64,000 bases of DNA, taken from positions 16,618,001-16,682,000 of the forward strand of contig NC_045696.1 in assembly GCF_009834535.1 (NCBI RefSeq), written 5' to 3'. Positions 37,237 through 49,320 of the stretch are shown here, one piece after another. The position numbers and the translations under genes were made by a program. The DNA comes from Camelus ferus. Taxonomy: Eukaryota. The notes under the pieces are model-generated. The model saw only the letters and a program-made list of their open reading frames with translations. It searched no databases and was not told the DNA's origin. Numbering within the stretch: the stretch's first letter is position 1; each line of letters opens with the position of its first letter.

Positions 37237-37973
37237 GCTGGAGAGGGTGTGGAGAAAAGGGAACCCTCCTACACTGTTGGTAGGAGTGTAATTTGGTGCA
37301 GCCACTATGGAAAACAGTATGGAGATTCCTTAAAAAACTAAAAATAGACTTATCATATGATCCAGCAATCCCACTCCTGGGCACACATCTGGAAAAGCAA
37401 AAAGTCCAATTTGGAAAGATACACGCATCCCAACGTTCATAACAACACTATTTACAGCAGCCAGAACATGGAAGCAACCAGATGACTGGATAAAGGAGAT
37501 GTGGTGTACATACGCAATAGAATACTACTCAGTCATAAAAAAGGATGAAATAATGCCATTTGCAGCAACATGGATGGACCTGGAGATCATCATACTAAGT
37601 GAAGTAAGTTGGACACAGGAAGACAAATATCATATATTTATATGTGGAATCTAAAAAAATGATACAAATGAGCTTATTTACAAAATAGAAACAGACTTGC
37701 AGACATAGAAAACAAACTTATGGTTTCTAAAGGGGAAAGAGGGGAGGAGGGATAAATTAGGAATTGGGGATTTGCAGATACTAACTACTGTATACAAAAT
37801 AGATAAACAGTAAGATCCTATTGTATAGCACAGGGAGCTATATTTAATATCTTATAGTAACCTATAGTAAAAAATTATGAAAAGGAACATATACATCTAT
37901 ATGTATAACAGAATCACCATGCTGTACACCAGAAACTAACACAACATTGTAAATCAACTGTACTTCAATAAAG
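37237..37973 (+). mobile_element. 5'-truncated L1
   Basis: ORF2 C-terminus ([14 protein letters not shown]) + 3'UTR; TSD AAAGTGCATTTTTA / AAAGTACATTTTTA (37223-37236 / 37974-37987). Confidence 0.95.
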
Positions 37974-39209
37974 AAAGTACATTTTTATATCAGAAGATAT
38001 GTATCTAGAACACTTCTCTCTATGCAACTACAAGACGTACGATAGAAAGTGGAGATCCTAGAGTCAGACCGCAGAATAGGGGTTATACCCAGGGTGTGGT
38101 TCAACGTAGACAGAGCAAGAGGCAGGACCCTTGGGAGCACTGGAGTAGTACTTGCTGGCTGGGGTCTACCCTGGTTCTTATTTACTTGTCAGTTACTATT
38201 CAGATGTCATAAATGTGTGCAGTGTTTTGCAAAAATGTGTGCAATGTTTTACTATAATAATTTTGGTAAAAGGGTAACTCCACATGTTTTAAAATGCAAC
38301 TAATTCTCAGAGGTTAGGAATACAGTAACATATGTATGACGCATGAGTTGCGTGGAGTGGGTTTTTGTTCGATTCAGAAACCGATTAAGACTTTTGCGGT
38401 ATTCCATAATTGCCTAGTCCAGGCAGACCAGGCTTATTAGGAAGACATTGGTGGGCCAGACAACAGAAGTTAGGGACTCACAGTTGAGTCTAGACTCAGG
38501 GCCCGAGGTTCACTATGGAATGGAAGATTGAGAGAGGAGACATAACAGATCCCTAGGAAAGAGTGGTACAGGATATACAACCAACATGCGTGTTGTTTCC
38601 AAGTGAGCAGTGCTTTAACCAGGACAACTGTGGTCCTGCTAAGTCACTCGTGGTGTAGACGGTCTGGAAGTGAAACACCTGCTCGCACTCTAGTCTGGAG
38701 CTCTTATTTGGAGAGTGAAGCGACCTCCACTTCTGGTGCCTGCTGACTGGGGCAGTGAGTTGTACCACATCCTTAGGTTAAACTTGGATCTTCCCTGGGA
38801 ATCAGACAGGGGCAGGCTGACTGTTTTCTCTCTTAGCGGATTATATGTTCACTTTTGACTTGTACAGCTTTAGTGGTGGGATACCATGTATTCCAGACAA
38901 TCTCAGTTAGCCCTTCTAAGAGCAAGAAAAGAATGTTCAAAATAACCATAACAAGAAATATTTCTTATTTTGTCAGATAAGTCATTATGTTTTCATGAAA
39001 ATATACAGACTAAGAGCAGCCTAGAACAGATTTATCTTTTATTTGTATAGTTTTCAAAATACCTTTTTTATTTTGGTTTATAATTACTCAGCGAATGGTT
39101 CTTAAAAAGAAAAGTATAAGATGAAATGCAAGGGTGCTTGAGAGGAAGAAGCTTGTTAAGAGTAATTGTCATTTTTTTTTGCAGGTCATGAATTGAATCT
39201 TAACTTTTT

Positions 39210-39600
39210 AATTAAAAAAAATTGCTACATATTTTAAATGACTGAAAAATGCAGCATCTGAATCTGAAATGTCCTTAAATCACCACCCCCAATTTATCCT
39301 TTTTTCCCCTTCTCCAAAAGAAACCTTTATCATAAACTTAACTTATGTTCCAGTTTCATTGTTTTACACAAAACTAGCATTCTTGAGCGGTATAAAACAT
39401 TATTTTGGTATGATTTAAAATTTTATACAAATTAGAGCATATTTTAATATATTTTGAAATAAGCTTTCTCCACTTAGTGTATTTTTGGGTTACAGTCATG
39501 ATGATATAGATTTTTATTTTTTAAATTGCCTTGAAATCTATCACATGGTATGCCCCATTTTATTTATCCATTTTCCCATTAATGGGACATTTTTTAAAAG
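39210..39600 (-). mobile_element. Very old L1 (L1ME-like) 3'UTR fragment
   Basis: ATTTTATTTATCCATTTTCCCATTAATGGGACAT motif in an AT-rich context. Confidence 0.5.
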
Positions 39601-41256
39601 TCTGTCATTTAATGACGTTTGTCCATCTAACGTTTATTTAAAAATAATTGTCTGAACTAGTACTAGATATGGGGTGTTCCAATAAAATATTTTGGGGAGT
39701 GAAGAGCTTCTGTCTGTGCTATGTATAGGAATTCTCAAATTTTAGAGAGGTTAAATACAATAAGAGGACAAAACCTGAAATGTTTCCTGAACATTTTTCT
39801 ATTTTATTAGGTTTCAAATCGTTCTTAAAGATACTGTCAAGTTTTTTATACTCGTGTTGTTGTATTTGAGAGAAGTGTTGTTGGGTTTGGGGCCATGCCA
39901 ATTCTAGTAATCCACTAGCATTTCCAGTTTGAGTGTAGCCTACTTGAGCAATAGACAACAGAGTGACATGGTGAGGAAGCATGGTATTAACTTTTTTTTT
40001 TTTAAACCTCAAATGCAAGGTGTTTTTTAAACATGTTGGAGAATGTGGCTTGGTCCTAGGGTATGAAATGAAGCCTCCTACTGCTCTCCCACTGGTCTTC
40101 ACACCCACGTGCCTGAAATAATCAGAATACTAGAAACACTATATTTCTTTTCTTGCCCTAGCCTAGTTCTGAATTTTCACTCATGGATTCGATTACAGTT
40201 TGGGTTTGAAGAGCTATGGCTTATAAAAATGGCTCCACAGAACACAGCCTGAGCCCAGAACTGTGTCAGCAAAGTGCAGGATAGAACCAGTTATATGATC
40301 ATTTTAAGCTGAAATATTGCAGGTGTAAGTATGTGGAGGCGGGGACTTAGACATTTTATCCGATGATGTATCTTATCATCATGCCCCGCTGATCTTTAAA
40401 TCATGGATATACGAACTATGTATGCACAGTCTCGATGAATATTTAAAGTGAATCAGAATGCCTAGCATCTTAACAAAACAAAATGCAATTAGTAATACTG
40501 CCCAAAATCTATAAGTTTGTAAAATTTGTTGCAATTGTGAATAGAGAGTTGTTTTGAGTAATTATTTTAGTGTTTTAGAAATGTTCCCATTAGGAGCTTG
40601 TATAAAATAAGATGTTAATATTCTTTCAGGCTATAATGCATTTGCAGAGTGTGGAAGCACTTCCCATTATCCTTATACACAGGAGACCTGGGTAATGACT
40701 TTACGTAGATAATTTTACCTCAGCAGAAATAATAGAGCCCTGGATATTGATGATAAGAAAGACTCAAGAGGTACTTTCGTCCATTAGGATGAAAAAGTGC
40801 TGCATATCTTCAACTTCCTTGTGTCGATTCTCATTTGTATGACTCTAAAGATACCATTTTAAACAATTTCTGAGGAAAAGTGTTTGAATTTTTAATTGAG
40901 GTATTTCTCATTTTACCTAAAGTAATAACCAGAAGCCACGTGATAGAAATGAGAAACAATGCAATCTTTAGATAGATGTTAGGTGGCTGGCTTCCAGCTT
41001 TTTGTTTTTTCTTCTAAACATTATTTCTGGTCTCATTTTATCAAATCAGAAGAATATAACACCCACTAGTTGACTGGGCGATCCTTTCTGGAGGAAATGA
41101 TTCTTCCCTGGTCAGTGCTGAAGAGACAGAGATACATTACTCATGTGTCCGAAAGTCTAAGAGTCACCTCTGGTCACAGACGAAAGCAGATTTGGTTTCT
41201 CTTCAAATATTTTAACTGATAGTTTCATGGAAAGTCCCTATTGTTTTCTCCCTTTC

Positions 41257-41888
41257 TTTTTTTTTTTTTTTTACTAACTTAAAATACTTCAAAAATTTTA
41301 TTTTTATTTTATTTCTTTTTATTGAACTCTAGTTGATTTACAGTGTTGTATTAGTTTCTGGTATAATTCAGTTATATATATATATATATATATATTTATA
41401 TTTTTTTCATTATACGTTATTGCAAGATATTGAATATAGTTCCCTGTGCTATATAGTAGGACCTTGTTGTCTATCTATTTTATATATAGTATTTAACTCT
41501 TAATTTCAAAATAAATATAAATTCATAGAAAGTTGCAAAGATAGTATGGAGAGGTCCCATGTACCCATTAGTCAGTTTCCCCAATTGGTTATATCTTATG
41601 TAACTGCAGTAAAATACCAAATCCAGGAATCTGATATTGGTACTATACGTGTAACATGTGGTGCAATGCCATTTTATCACATATGTAAATTCGTGTAAAA
41701 CCATTACGATGAAGATACAGGACTATTCCATCACCACAATCATCTCTTTGATGCTATTCCTTTATAGTCCTCATACCCCTCTCCCATCTTTAACCCCTGA
41801 GAACCACTAATTTGTTTTCCATCTCTATAATTTTGTCATTTTGAGAATGTTATATAAATGGAATCATGTATTATGCGACCACCTTTAT
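41257..41888 (-). mobile_element. Older L1MC/MD-type 3' end containing a younger L1 3' end (~41300-41494)
   Basis: GAAAGTTGCAAAGATAGTATGGAGAGGTCCCATGTACCC (L1MC-like); nested GATATTGAATATAGTTCCCTGTGCTATA copy; flanked by a 25-bp direct repeat. Confidence 0.8.
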
Positions 41889-42164
41889 CTGACAGTTTCA
41901 TGGAAAGTCCCTAGTTCCTGCTCCTCTCTTTTAACACTCCCTCTGGTTACTTCCACGTTTCACCTCTGTACAGTTATTTTTAGCTCTGACATTTTATAAT
42001 ATTAGTCAAAGAATCAAGTGCAAAAATGTAAAGTGACTTAGTCACTCTGCTAATTGCTATGAAAATTTGGAGTTCTTTTTTTTTTTTTTTTGGACAAAGA
42101 ACTCATTATAAACATATATATTAACATGGGACTTCATTCCTGTGGAGAGGTGGAATATATCTTC

Positions 42165-42268
42165 TTTCCAAGAACATGTCTGCTTATGACCATATCTTCA
42201 GCACCTAGAATAGTGTCTGACATTAACAGGTCCTTAATAAATTTTGTTGGGAAGATGAATGAATGATG
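42165..42268 (+). mobile_element. LINE-2 3' terminus
   Basis: CAGCACCTAGAATAGTGTCTGACA...TAATAAATTTTGTTG...GAATGAATGA. Confidence 0.7.
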
Positions 42269-44471
42269 GCTTGTGAGGTTCTGTACCTGTGTGAATGGAC
42301 AACTTATGCTAAATGACCATTGATGGTTAAGAAAAAGCAGATGATGAAAATGCTAGTGATGACTGTCACCTGTTTGCTTAGGGATTGCTTCCTCCCCATG
42401 CTGCAGGTGCATTCATGTGTCTCCCAGCCCTATACAGGCACAGACTCTTTGGTTTGTAGCTTAGGGATTCCTACCTGGTGGAGCATGGTCTTCTTCCCCT
42501 GCTTTTGGTCCCCAGGTGAGATCTTAGAACACTCTCCTGAGTGTATCACGCAGAAGCACTGTCCACCTGTATGGGGCATGGAGTTTTTCCCTTAGACCAT
42601 AATTTCAGGAGGTCCTGATGCTCATCTTTTTCCTTCTCACTGGTAATTTAAGTTAGTTATCTTGGTTGCCAAATACAAGTATAACCACAATTGTCTTAGC
42701 TTAATAAATAGGCTTTGCAGAAGTATTTCTTAGATTATGTAATAAGACTACCATGGTGGTGCTAGGAATAAAAACCCCTCATGCAAAGTGCTTCTTTGTT
42801 CTCCCCTCTCTGGTAATCCTTCACCAGATCCCCTGGGCACCTTTCCAGATTGTACTCACTGTGAATGTAGCCAGAAGAAGATGAGCAAAAGCCATCAAAA
42901 CAGGGAAATATTTATTAAGAAAATGACCAGGTTGTGAAGGAATCTCAAGTCCCTCCCCAGCCGGCACTAATGATTATCTGCACCCATTGCATCAACAAGC
43001 AAATCAGCCTCAAGATATACAGTGAACGAGGATGTTGTGGGAACATGGATTGTTAGATTGGAGGGTTTTTAACCCACTTGTTAGGTCATGGGATATCACT
43101 GAAAACTTTGCGTTTGTGAATGATATGACCGGAATATTGATCTAAGGAGTGTTAACCCACTGAGGGTAACCTCTAGGTGGGCTGGCAAACAGTAGTAGAA
43201 GCTCAAACAGCTGGTACCACAAAATGCAAATTGTTTACATTGCAAGTGAAGTCTTCTATTTGTGTAATGCCTCTACTTCATAAAATGCTTATTGTATTAC
43301 TATATTAAATGATCTAAATGACTGAGTCCAGGTAGGTTTTAAAGTTGAGAAAACAAGGAATGAGAGGGCATGTGACTTGTTCAAGGCCACACATTTAGGA
43401 AGAAAGTAGGGCAGGGGCTAGAGCACAAGTGGTGCTGATCATCACTGACTAGTCTGAGTTCTGTTATCCAAGTCTGACCAGTGAGCTAACCCATGAAGGG
43501 CACACTGTGCTGGCCAGTGCATGAGTTGGACCAGTTGCCTTGGGCAGGGGCTGAATCATATAGGGCTAGAATATTCCTGAAAGGCATAAAGATCTTTAAT
43601 TCAGGGATACTTTGACCCAAGGAGTGTAGAGAATATTTCAGATATTCAGATAAAATAATATCAAAGAGTATTTTTCAATCTGTCACAAACTTGTTCCTCT
43701 GCCTTTTTATACACTGAACCAAGTAAACAGACATGATCCTGAATACTGTGCAAAGTGGTAAATGCCTCTATGGATACACGAATAAGGTGTCTTTTGAAAG
43801 CTCAGCTGCCTCTACACAGATTTGTCAATTGAAAATCTCCTTAGAACACATAATGCACAAAATCCCCATTTTAATTTGTGCCCTATCTCTGTTAATAACA
43901 GAATCTATTAAGATCCTCTTATAAGAGGCTATGATGTTAATTTAACAAAAAGATTCCAATTGACCCCTATGAGACATTTTTCTGTCTGTTACGTGAATGC
44001 TGGCACCATAATAGATGTATTAATTTAATGAGCATATTATACTAATTGAAATAAAGACCTAGGGCTGTAGAGTAGCAGAGTAAAACTTGCTAATCATCAC
44101 TGAAATGTTCAATTCCTGACACAGAAGACCACCTTAACTGTTACAGAATTAAAGGCAAAATATTTATTTAAAAAGAAAAAAATAGAAATTTATGAGACCA
44201 ATAGCAAACAAATGGAATTGATAACAAATAATTTTACAACAATGTAGAAATGAAAAACTTAAATCAAATACCACTTAAATACAAATAAACACAAAAAGTT
44301 AAATAAAAGTGGGTAAATATATTAATTTTAGAGAGAATAATGCATACTTAAAAGCCTAAGGCATTCAATAAATAATGTTAAAACAAAACTCTGCATCTTA
44401 GAATCAGCCATTTGGTGGTAATGGGGGACTTTGAACATCATCTGGTTCTACTCTGTCTTGGCAAATGTTAG

Positions 44472-44576
44472 TTTTTTGTTTCTTTGTTTGTTTTGTTTTA
44501 AGGAGGCACTAGGGATTGAACCCAGAACCTTATGCATGCTAAGCATATGCTCTATCATTGAGCTATACCCTTCCCC
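44472..44576 (-). mobile_element. tRNA-Ala-derived SINE (vic-1-like)
   Basis: Reverse complement GGGGAAGGGTATAGCTCAATGATAGAGCATATGCTTAGCATGCATAAGGTTCTGGGTTCAATCCCTAGTGCCTCC + A-rich tail; TSD AATGTTAGTTT / AATGTTCATTT. Confidence 0.9.
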
Positions 44577-45549
44577 AATGTTCATTTAAAAAGTCTTTCT
44601 TGAGCATGTCCTCTGTTCCAGAAACTCTGCTAAATACTAAGTTTCCAAAAATAAAAGAACAGGCATAGTCCCTGCTCTCATGGAGCTTAGAGTTTAGCAA
44701 ATCTTACTTAAACCACCATAAATAATAAATATAAAATATTTCATTATATATATATATATTATATATAAAATTGTAAGATGTGAAAAGGAAAGAATGTGAT
44801 GAAGCAAGCTGATTTGGTTTAGGTCAGAGAAGTACTTCAAGAAGGAACAATATTTTGTCAGAGATCTGAAGGCTGAAGAGGATCAACTAGATATATTGGG
44901 AGGAGAATATTGAGAGCATTACAGACAGAGAGAACCATATCTGTGGCAATAAGGAGCTTGCTGTTCTTAAGGACTTGAATGAAATCCACTGTGCTGGAGT
45001 CTAGGGAACTGCAGAAGCATTATACGCACATGAGCTTGAGTCGTGGGAGGGAATCAGAAAATGCAGAACCTTCCAGAAGACCTGGTCTGGGAACACACCC
45101 AGCTAGGCAGCAATGGGTATACACCAAAGGGTTTCAAACTTGGGTGTGACATTATTATACTTGTTTTGAAGAGATTATGCTATCAGATGGAGAATAGATG
45201 GGAAATGGAGCAAGAGTGGGTGTCTTCAGAGCAGCCAGAAGACTCTTATTGAGTCTGGGGGCAGTGCTTGGCTTCTTGGACCAGGGAGAGAGTGGACGGA
45301 AATACAAAGAGATGGACAGATCCGGAAAATCAATAGAACTTAATAAATGGATTTTGTGGGTTGAGGAGAGGGAAATATAAATTTGATATTTGAGGTTCTG
45401 TCTTGTGCAAAACTGGATGGACAATGCTAAAGAATTCTGAGACAGGGAACACAGGAAGAGAAGTAGATTTCAGGGAAGCTGGGAGATTTGGGGAGAGAGT
45501 GGAGATCTTGAGTTCAGTTCTGAATGTGTTGAATTTGAAGTACTTTTGC

Positions 45550-45645
45550 CAAGGCTACCATTTTCCATAATTCCAGAAGATGCCATTCATGTAGATTTCA
45601 ATACAAACATTGCCCTCTGAAATGGTCATTGCAGTGCTGTTGTCT
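45550..45645. mobile_element. hAT MER91-like palindromic element, degraded
   Basis: TCCAGAAGATGCCATTCATGTAGA...ATTGCCCTCTGAA resembles the MER91 internal palindrome. Confidence 0.5.
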
Positions 45646-45717
45646 CAAGCATTCAATTGGAAGCAGATGAATAGATATATGGGTCTAATTTTTCAAGGAA
45701 AAATCAAGGCTGAAAAT

Positions 45718-46034
45718 AGTTTATTTCACTGAATCTGAGATCCTATCAATTTAAAACAGCACCATTTAAAAAAACTTTTTTATTGATTTATAATCATTTT
45801 ACAATGTTGTGTCAAATTCCAGTGTAGAGCACAATTTTTCAGTCATACATGAACATATATATATTCATTGAGACATTTTTTTTCTCTGAAAATAGCACTA
45901 TTTTTTATATGCCACTAAGAAAGAAAAACAATACAGTCAGCACTATGGCCACATCATCCACTGCAAGATTCAGTTTCATTTCAAAAATGTTAAAATGTGG
46001 AAAGTAAGCATCTTATAACTGATGAAATGTAGTA
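45718..46034. mobile_element. Tc2-family MER104-like element split by an L1
   Basis: Imperfect TIRs TATTTCACTGAATCTGAGAT / ATCTTATAACTGATGAAATGTAG; internal AATGTTAAAATGTGGAAA. Confidence 0.65.
45768..45888 (-). mobile_element. L1 3' tip of a different (probably camelid-specific) subfamily
   Basis: TTATTGATTTATAATCATTTTACAATGTTGTGTCAAATTCCAG; 15-bp TSD AAAACAGCACCATTT / AAAATAGCACTATTT (45753-45767 / 45889-45903). Confidence 0.8.
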
Positions 46035-48306
46035 TAAATTTGAGTGACATAGGTCAGTGTAGAGTGACTTTAAGGCATGGGCAAAATGCCCAAGGAGAGA
46101 GTGCTGAAGGAAAAGAAAAGATAGCTTAATAAGCAGTCTAAAGGCAATACGTTACTAGGATAGGGAATGATGATTCAAGAAAATCAAAGAAGACAGATCA
46201 CTGGGGAGGCACAGAAACCCAGGGAGAGAAAAAAATACTGAGGAAGGAAATAAATATGCTAAATGTTACTAAAAATACCCATGGAATTTATGAAAATGGA
46301 AACATCAGTGACCTTGGAGAGTGATATTTGGTTGAGTGGTGTGAATGGAAGTCATATAACTCATGTTGGAGTGGGTGGAAAGTGAGAGGTAGATGAGAAA
46401 ATGAAATCAGTAGGTGAAGACAAGTTGAAAATTTTGTCTTCAGGGGTAAGACAGAAACATAGGAGTAGTTAAGGGAAGAGAGCTTAAGTGAAACTTTTTT
46501 TTTTTTTTTGTAAGATGGGAGAGATGTCGGCATGTTTAAAAGTCAATGGGAGAGACTGAATATACAAAAGAAAATGGGAAAAGACAGGATCCAAAACACA
46601 TATGGAAGAATAGGTTTTTGGTAATCTCTTATATATAACATAGGTAGAAAGAAGGAAAACAGATGAGACCAATGAGAACTGGGTTTTCCTAAATGGGTAC
46701 AAGAAAAGGCAGAGGGAGGAAGGATTTTATGAAGTAGGAAAGAAAGTTATTAAAATGATGGCTCATGGAATCTAAGGTGAAGACTGAAGTGATAAAAGGG
46801 AAGGTCTAATGGACTGAGAGATGTTAGAGGTGTTGACGCACAAGATTCTTACTCCATCAACTGTTATCTTTCTTCTCTTGTACATTCAACCTGCTTCAAA
46901 CAAGTGGGTCTGTCTCACTGGCTTTGAACCATACACACATCTGCACCATCTTAAGTTGATCCAATATCGTGTACTGATGAGTCTAGAATGATACAACAAT
47001 GTGGTAAAAAAAGCAGGAGCCTTGATTTACTAATTTTTCAGGCAGAGCAGCTCTGGGTTAATGAGTATGACCATAGCTGTAGGTGAGTTAAGTGAAAGAA
47101 AGAGAAAGTCTTTAGAGGAAGGAAAAGAGTCTTCAGAGACAAGAGATTAAGGGGTTTGGGTTAAACAAAGCCCTTGCTGTGAGTGTTGATGCCACAGGAC
47201 TTAACTAGGCATGACTAGGATGGCTGTAAACAGGAAGTTGGTGGTGGGCATTGCTAAATAGCAGGAGCTGCAGAGGGGTGAGTTCTATTTGTTTTTTTTA
47301 AAGGAAATCCTTTAAGTTTCAGAGTTTACCAATTTAGATGAAATGGTGTGTGTGAACTAAATGACACAGGGAGAGAAAGACAAGGGAGGAAAGATAAAAA
47401 CAAATATATCTGGGAATCTAACCCTCATAAATTGTACACAGAAAGGGAAATTATCTTTTGTCTTCTTGCCTCATTTAATAGCAGAGCTTCTACTGTAACC
47501 AAAGACCAGAACCAGTTCTCACAAAGATTTGTCTTGTTTCTTGAGAACAGAGTCAGGTTAAGAATGCTTGATTATTAGCTGTGCATCAAAGGGCCCTTTC
47601 GGAGGCGATACTTCAACACTGAAGCCCTAGCTGAGCAGCCCAGCCCCCTCTGTGAGTGCTGAGAATCACCATGCCCTCCTCTGCTAACGCTTCTGTTGAA
47701 CTTGCAAGATAGCAGCACTGTTCTTCAACTTCTCCAGGTCCTGCTCAGCCTTCCAGCTACATTAAAGGGAAGAAGAAACAAACAGAGGAAGTGAATTTTG
47801 ATTCTTACTTGGTTTTCACAACCTTCTATAGCAGACCCACTGAGAGTCCTTGATAATTGTATTTTACCTTTGATACTGATTTAATATTTTGTACTGTGTA
47901 AGGATGCAGTGATGGTATGAGTGCTCACAACCTTGAACCCCCCTGGAGGCGAAGAGAGTCGTCAAAAAGAATCTGCCAGTCAACCATATTTATGCTTATT
48001 ATTTTGAGAAACTGAAATTTTTACAAGTACCACTACTGTTTATTCCTTAGGATAAGATACAAAATTATTCAGCTTAGACTTACTTTGGATGAATTATTTA
48101 GTTGATTAATGATATTTAGTCAATTCCAGCTTCCGTAGCACACCATTAGGGACACACATTAACCACTTTTCTCCCTTCCATGTGGTATATTCCCCGACGT
48201 ATCATAAATGGGCATATTGAGATTGATTGGCCAAATATAACATGAACATCACAGATCTCTTCATGAGATAATATTTATAGTTTATTTTGGTTTAATTTGC
48301 TGTTAG

Positions 48307-48782
48307 GATGAGAAGACAGAGGAATATGTTCTAAATGGTAGAATAAGATAAAACCCCAGGGGAAAAAAAACCCTAATGAAACAGATTTGAGTAATTCACC
48401 CAATGAAGAGTTGAAAGCAACAGTCATAAAAATGGTAACTGAACTCAGGAAAAGCATAGAGGAACATGGCAAGAACTTCAACAAAGAATTAGAAAATATA
48501 AAAAAGAACCAATTAGAGTTGAATATAATAATTGAAATTAAAAAAATACATTTGAGGAACCAACAGCAGACTAGGTGATACAGAAGAAACCATAAGTGAC
48601 CTGGAAGACAGAATAGTGGAAATCACCCAATCAGAACACCAAAAAGAAAAAAAAAATTTAGATAGTTTAAAGAAACTCTGGAACAACATTAAGTACACTT
48701 ATATTTGCATTATGGGGGTCCCAGGAGGAGAAGAGAGAGAAAAGGACAGAAAATGTATTTGATAAAATAATGGATAAAAAAT
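48307..48782 (+). mobile_element. Isolated L1 ORF1 N-terminal/coiled-coil fragment
   Basis: Begins ATGAGAAGACAGAGGAATATG; peptide NEELKATVIKMVTELRKSIEEHGKNFNKELENIKKNQLEL; GGGGTCCCAGGAGGAGAAGAGAGAG (GVP-GEE) motif. Confidence 0.9.
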
Positions 48783-49149
48783 TTTAATTTTTTACAGCAC
48801 AAATTCAAGTGTGATTGTCATTTCATAATATAAGCAGGTGATTTCATGAATTATTGTTTTGTGTTTCACCCTATTTCAAACAATTTTATTTTTGTTCTTT
48901 TCATTGTTGGGTCTTTTGAGTTTGCATGTGCATATACGCATGAATGGTGAGGAGGAGGCGGTCTGAATGTGCAGTTGATGTGCCCCCACACCTCCACTTT
49001 TGTACTGCCTAGTTGAACAGAACTGCAGTGGTGTGATTGATAAAGGAAATGCGCCTGATGATTTTTGCCCACGGACCAAATACATCCAGTCTTGCTCTAC
49101 CAGTGAAAGACCGTGGACTCTGCAGTGAGATAGTTTACCTGCAGCTTAC

Positions 49150-49320
49150 CAGCTTTCTGACACTGACATGATGGCTTACTTTTTCTGAACCTCATCTTTT
49201 TCCCCCATAAAATGGGAACAGTTTACCTTCATCCTAATTCTTTTGAAAGTATCACATGAGATATGTTCCTTAGACATTTGCACAGCACCTAACACATATT
49301 AGATGCACAAAAGATGTTCT
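49150..49320 (+). mobile_element. MIR SINE
   Basis: TCTGAACCTCATC...CATAAAATGGGAACA...GCACAGCACCTAACACATA. Confidence 0.65.

Larger units (their letters stand above)
44590..46800 (-). mobile_element. Long degraded LINE-2 with nested DNA transposons
   Basis: GTCCCTGCTCTCATGGAGCTTAG; GAGTTCAGTTCTGAATGTGTTGAATTTGA; CAGTGACCTTGGAGAG...GAGTGGTG are L2 landmarks in order. Confidence 0.75.
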
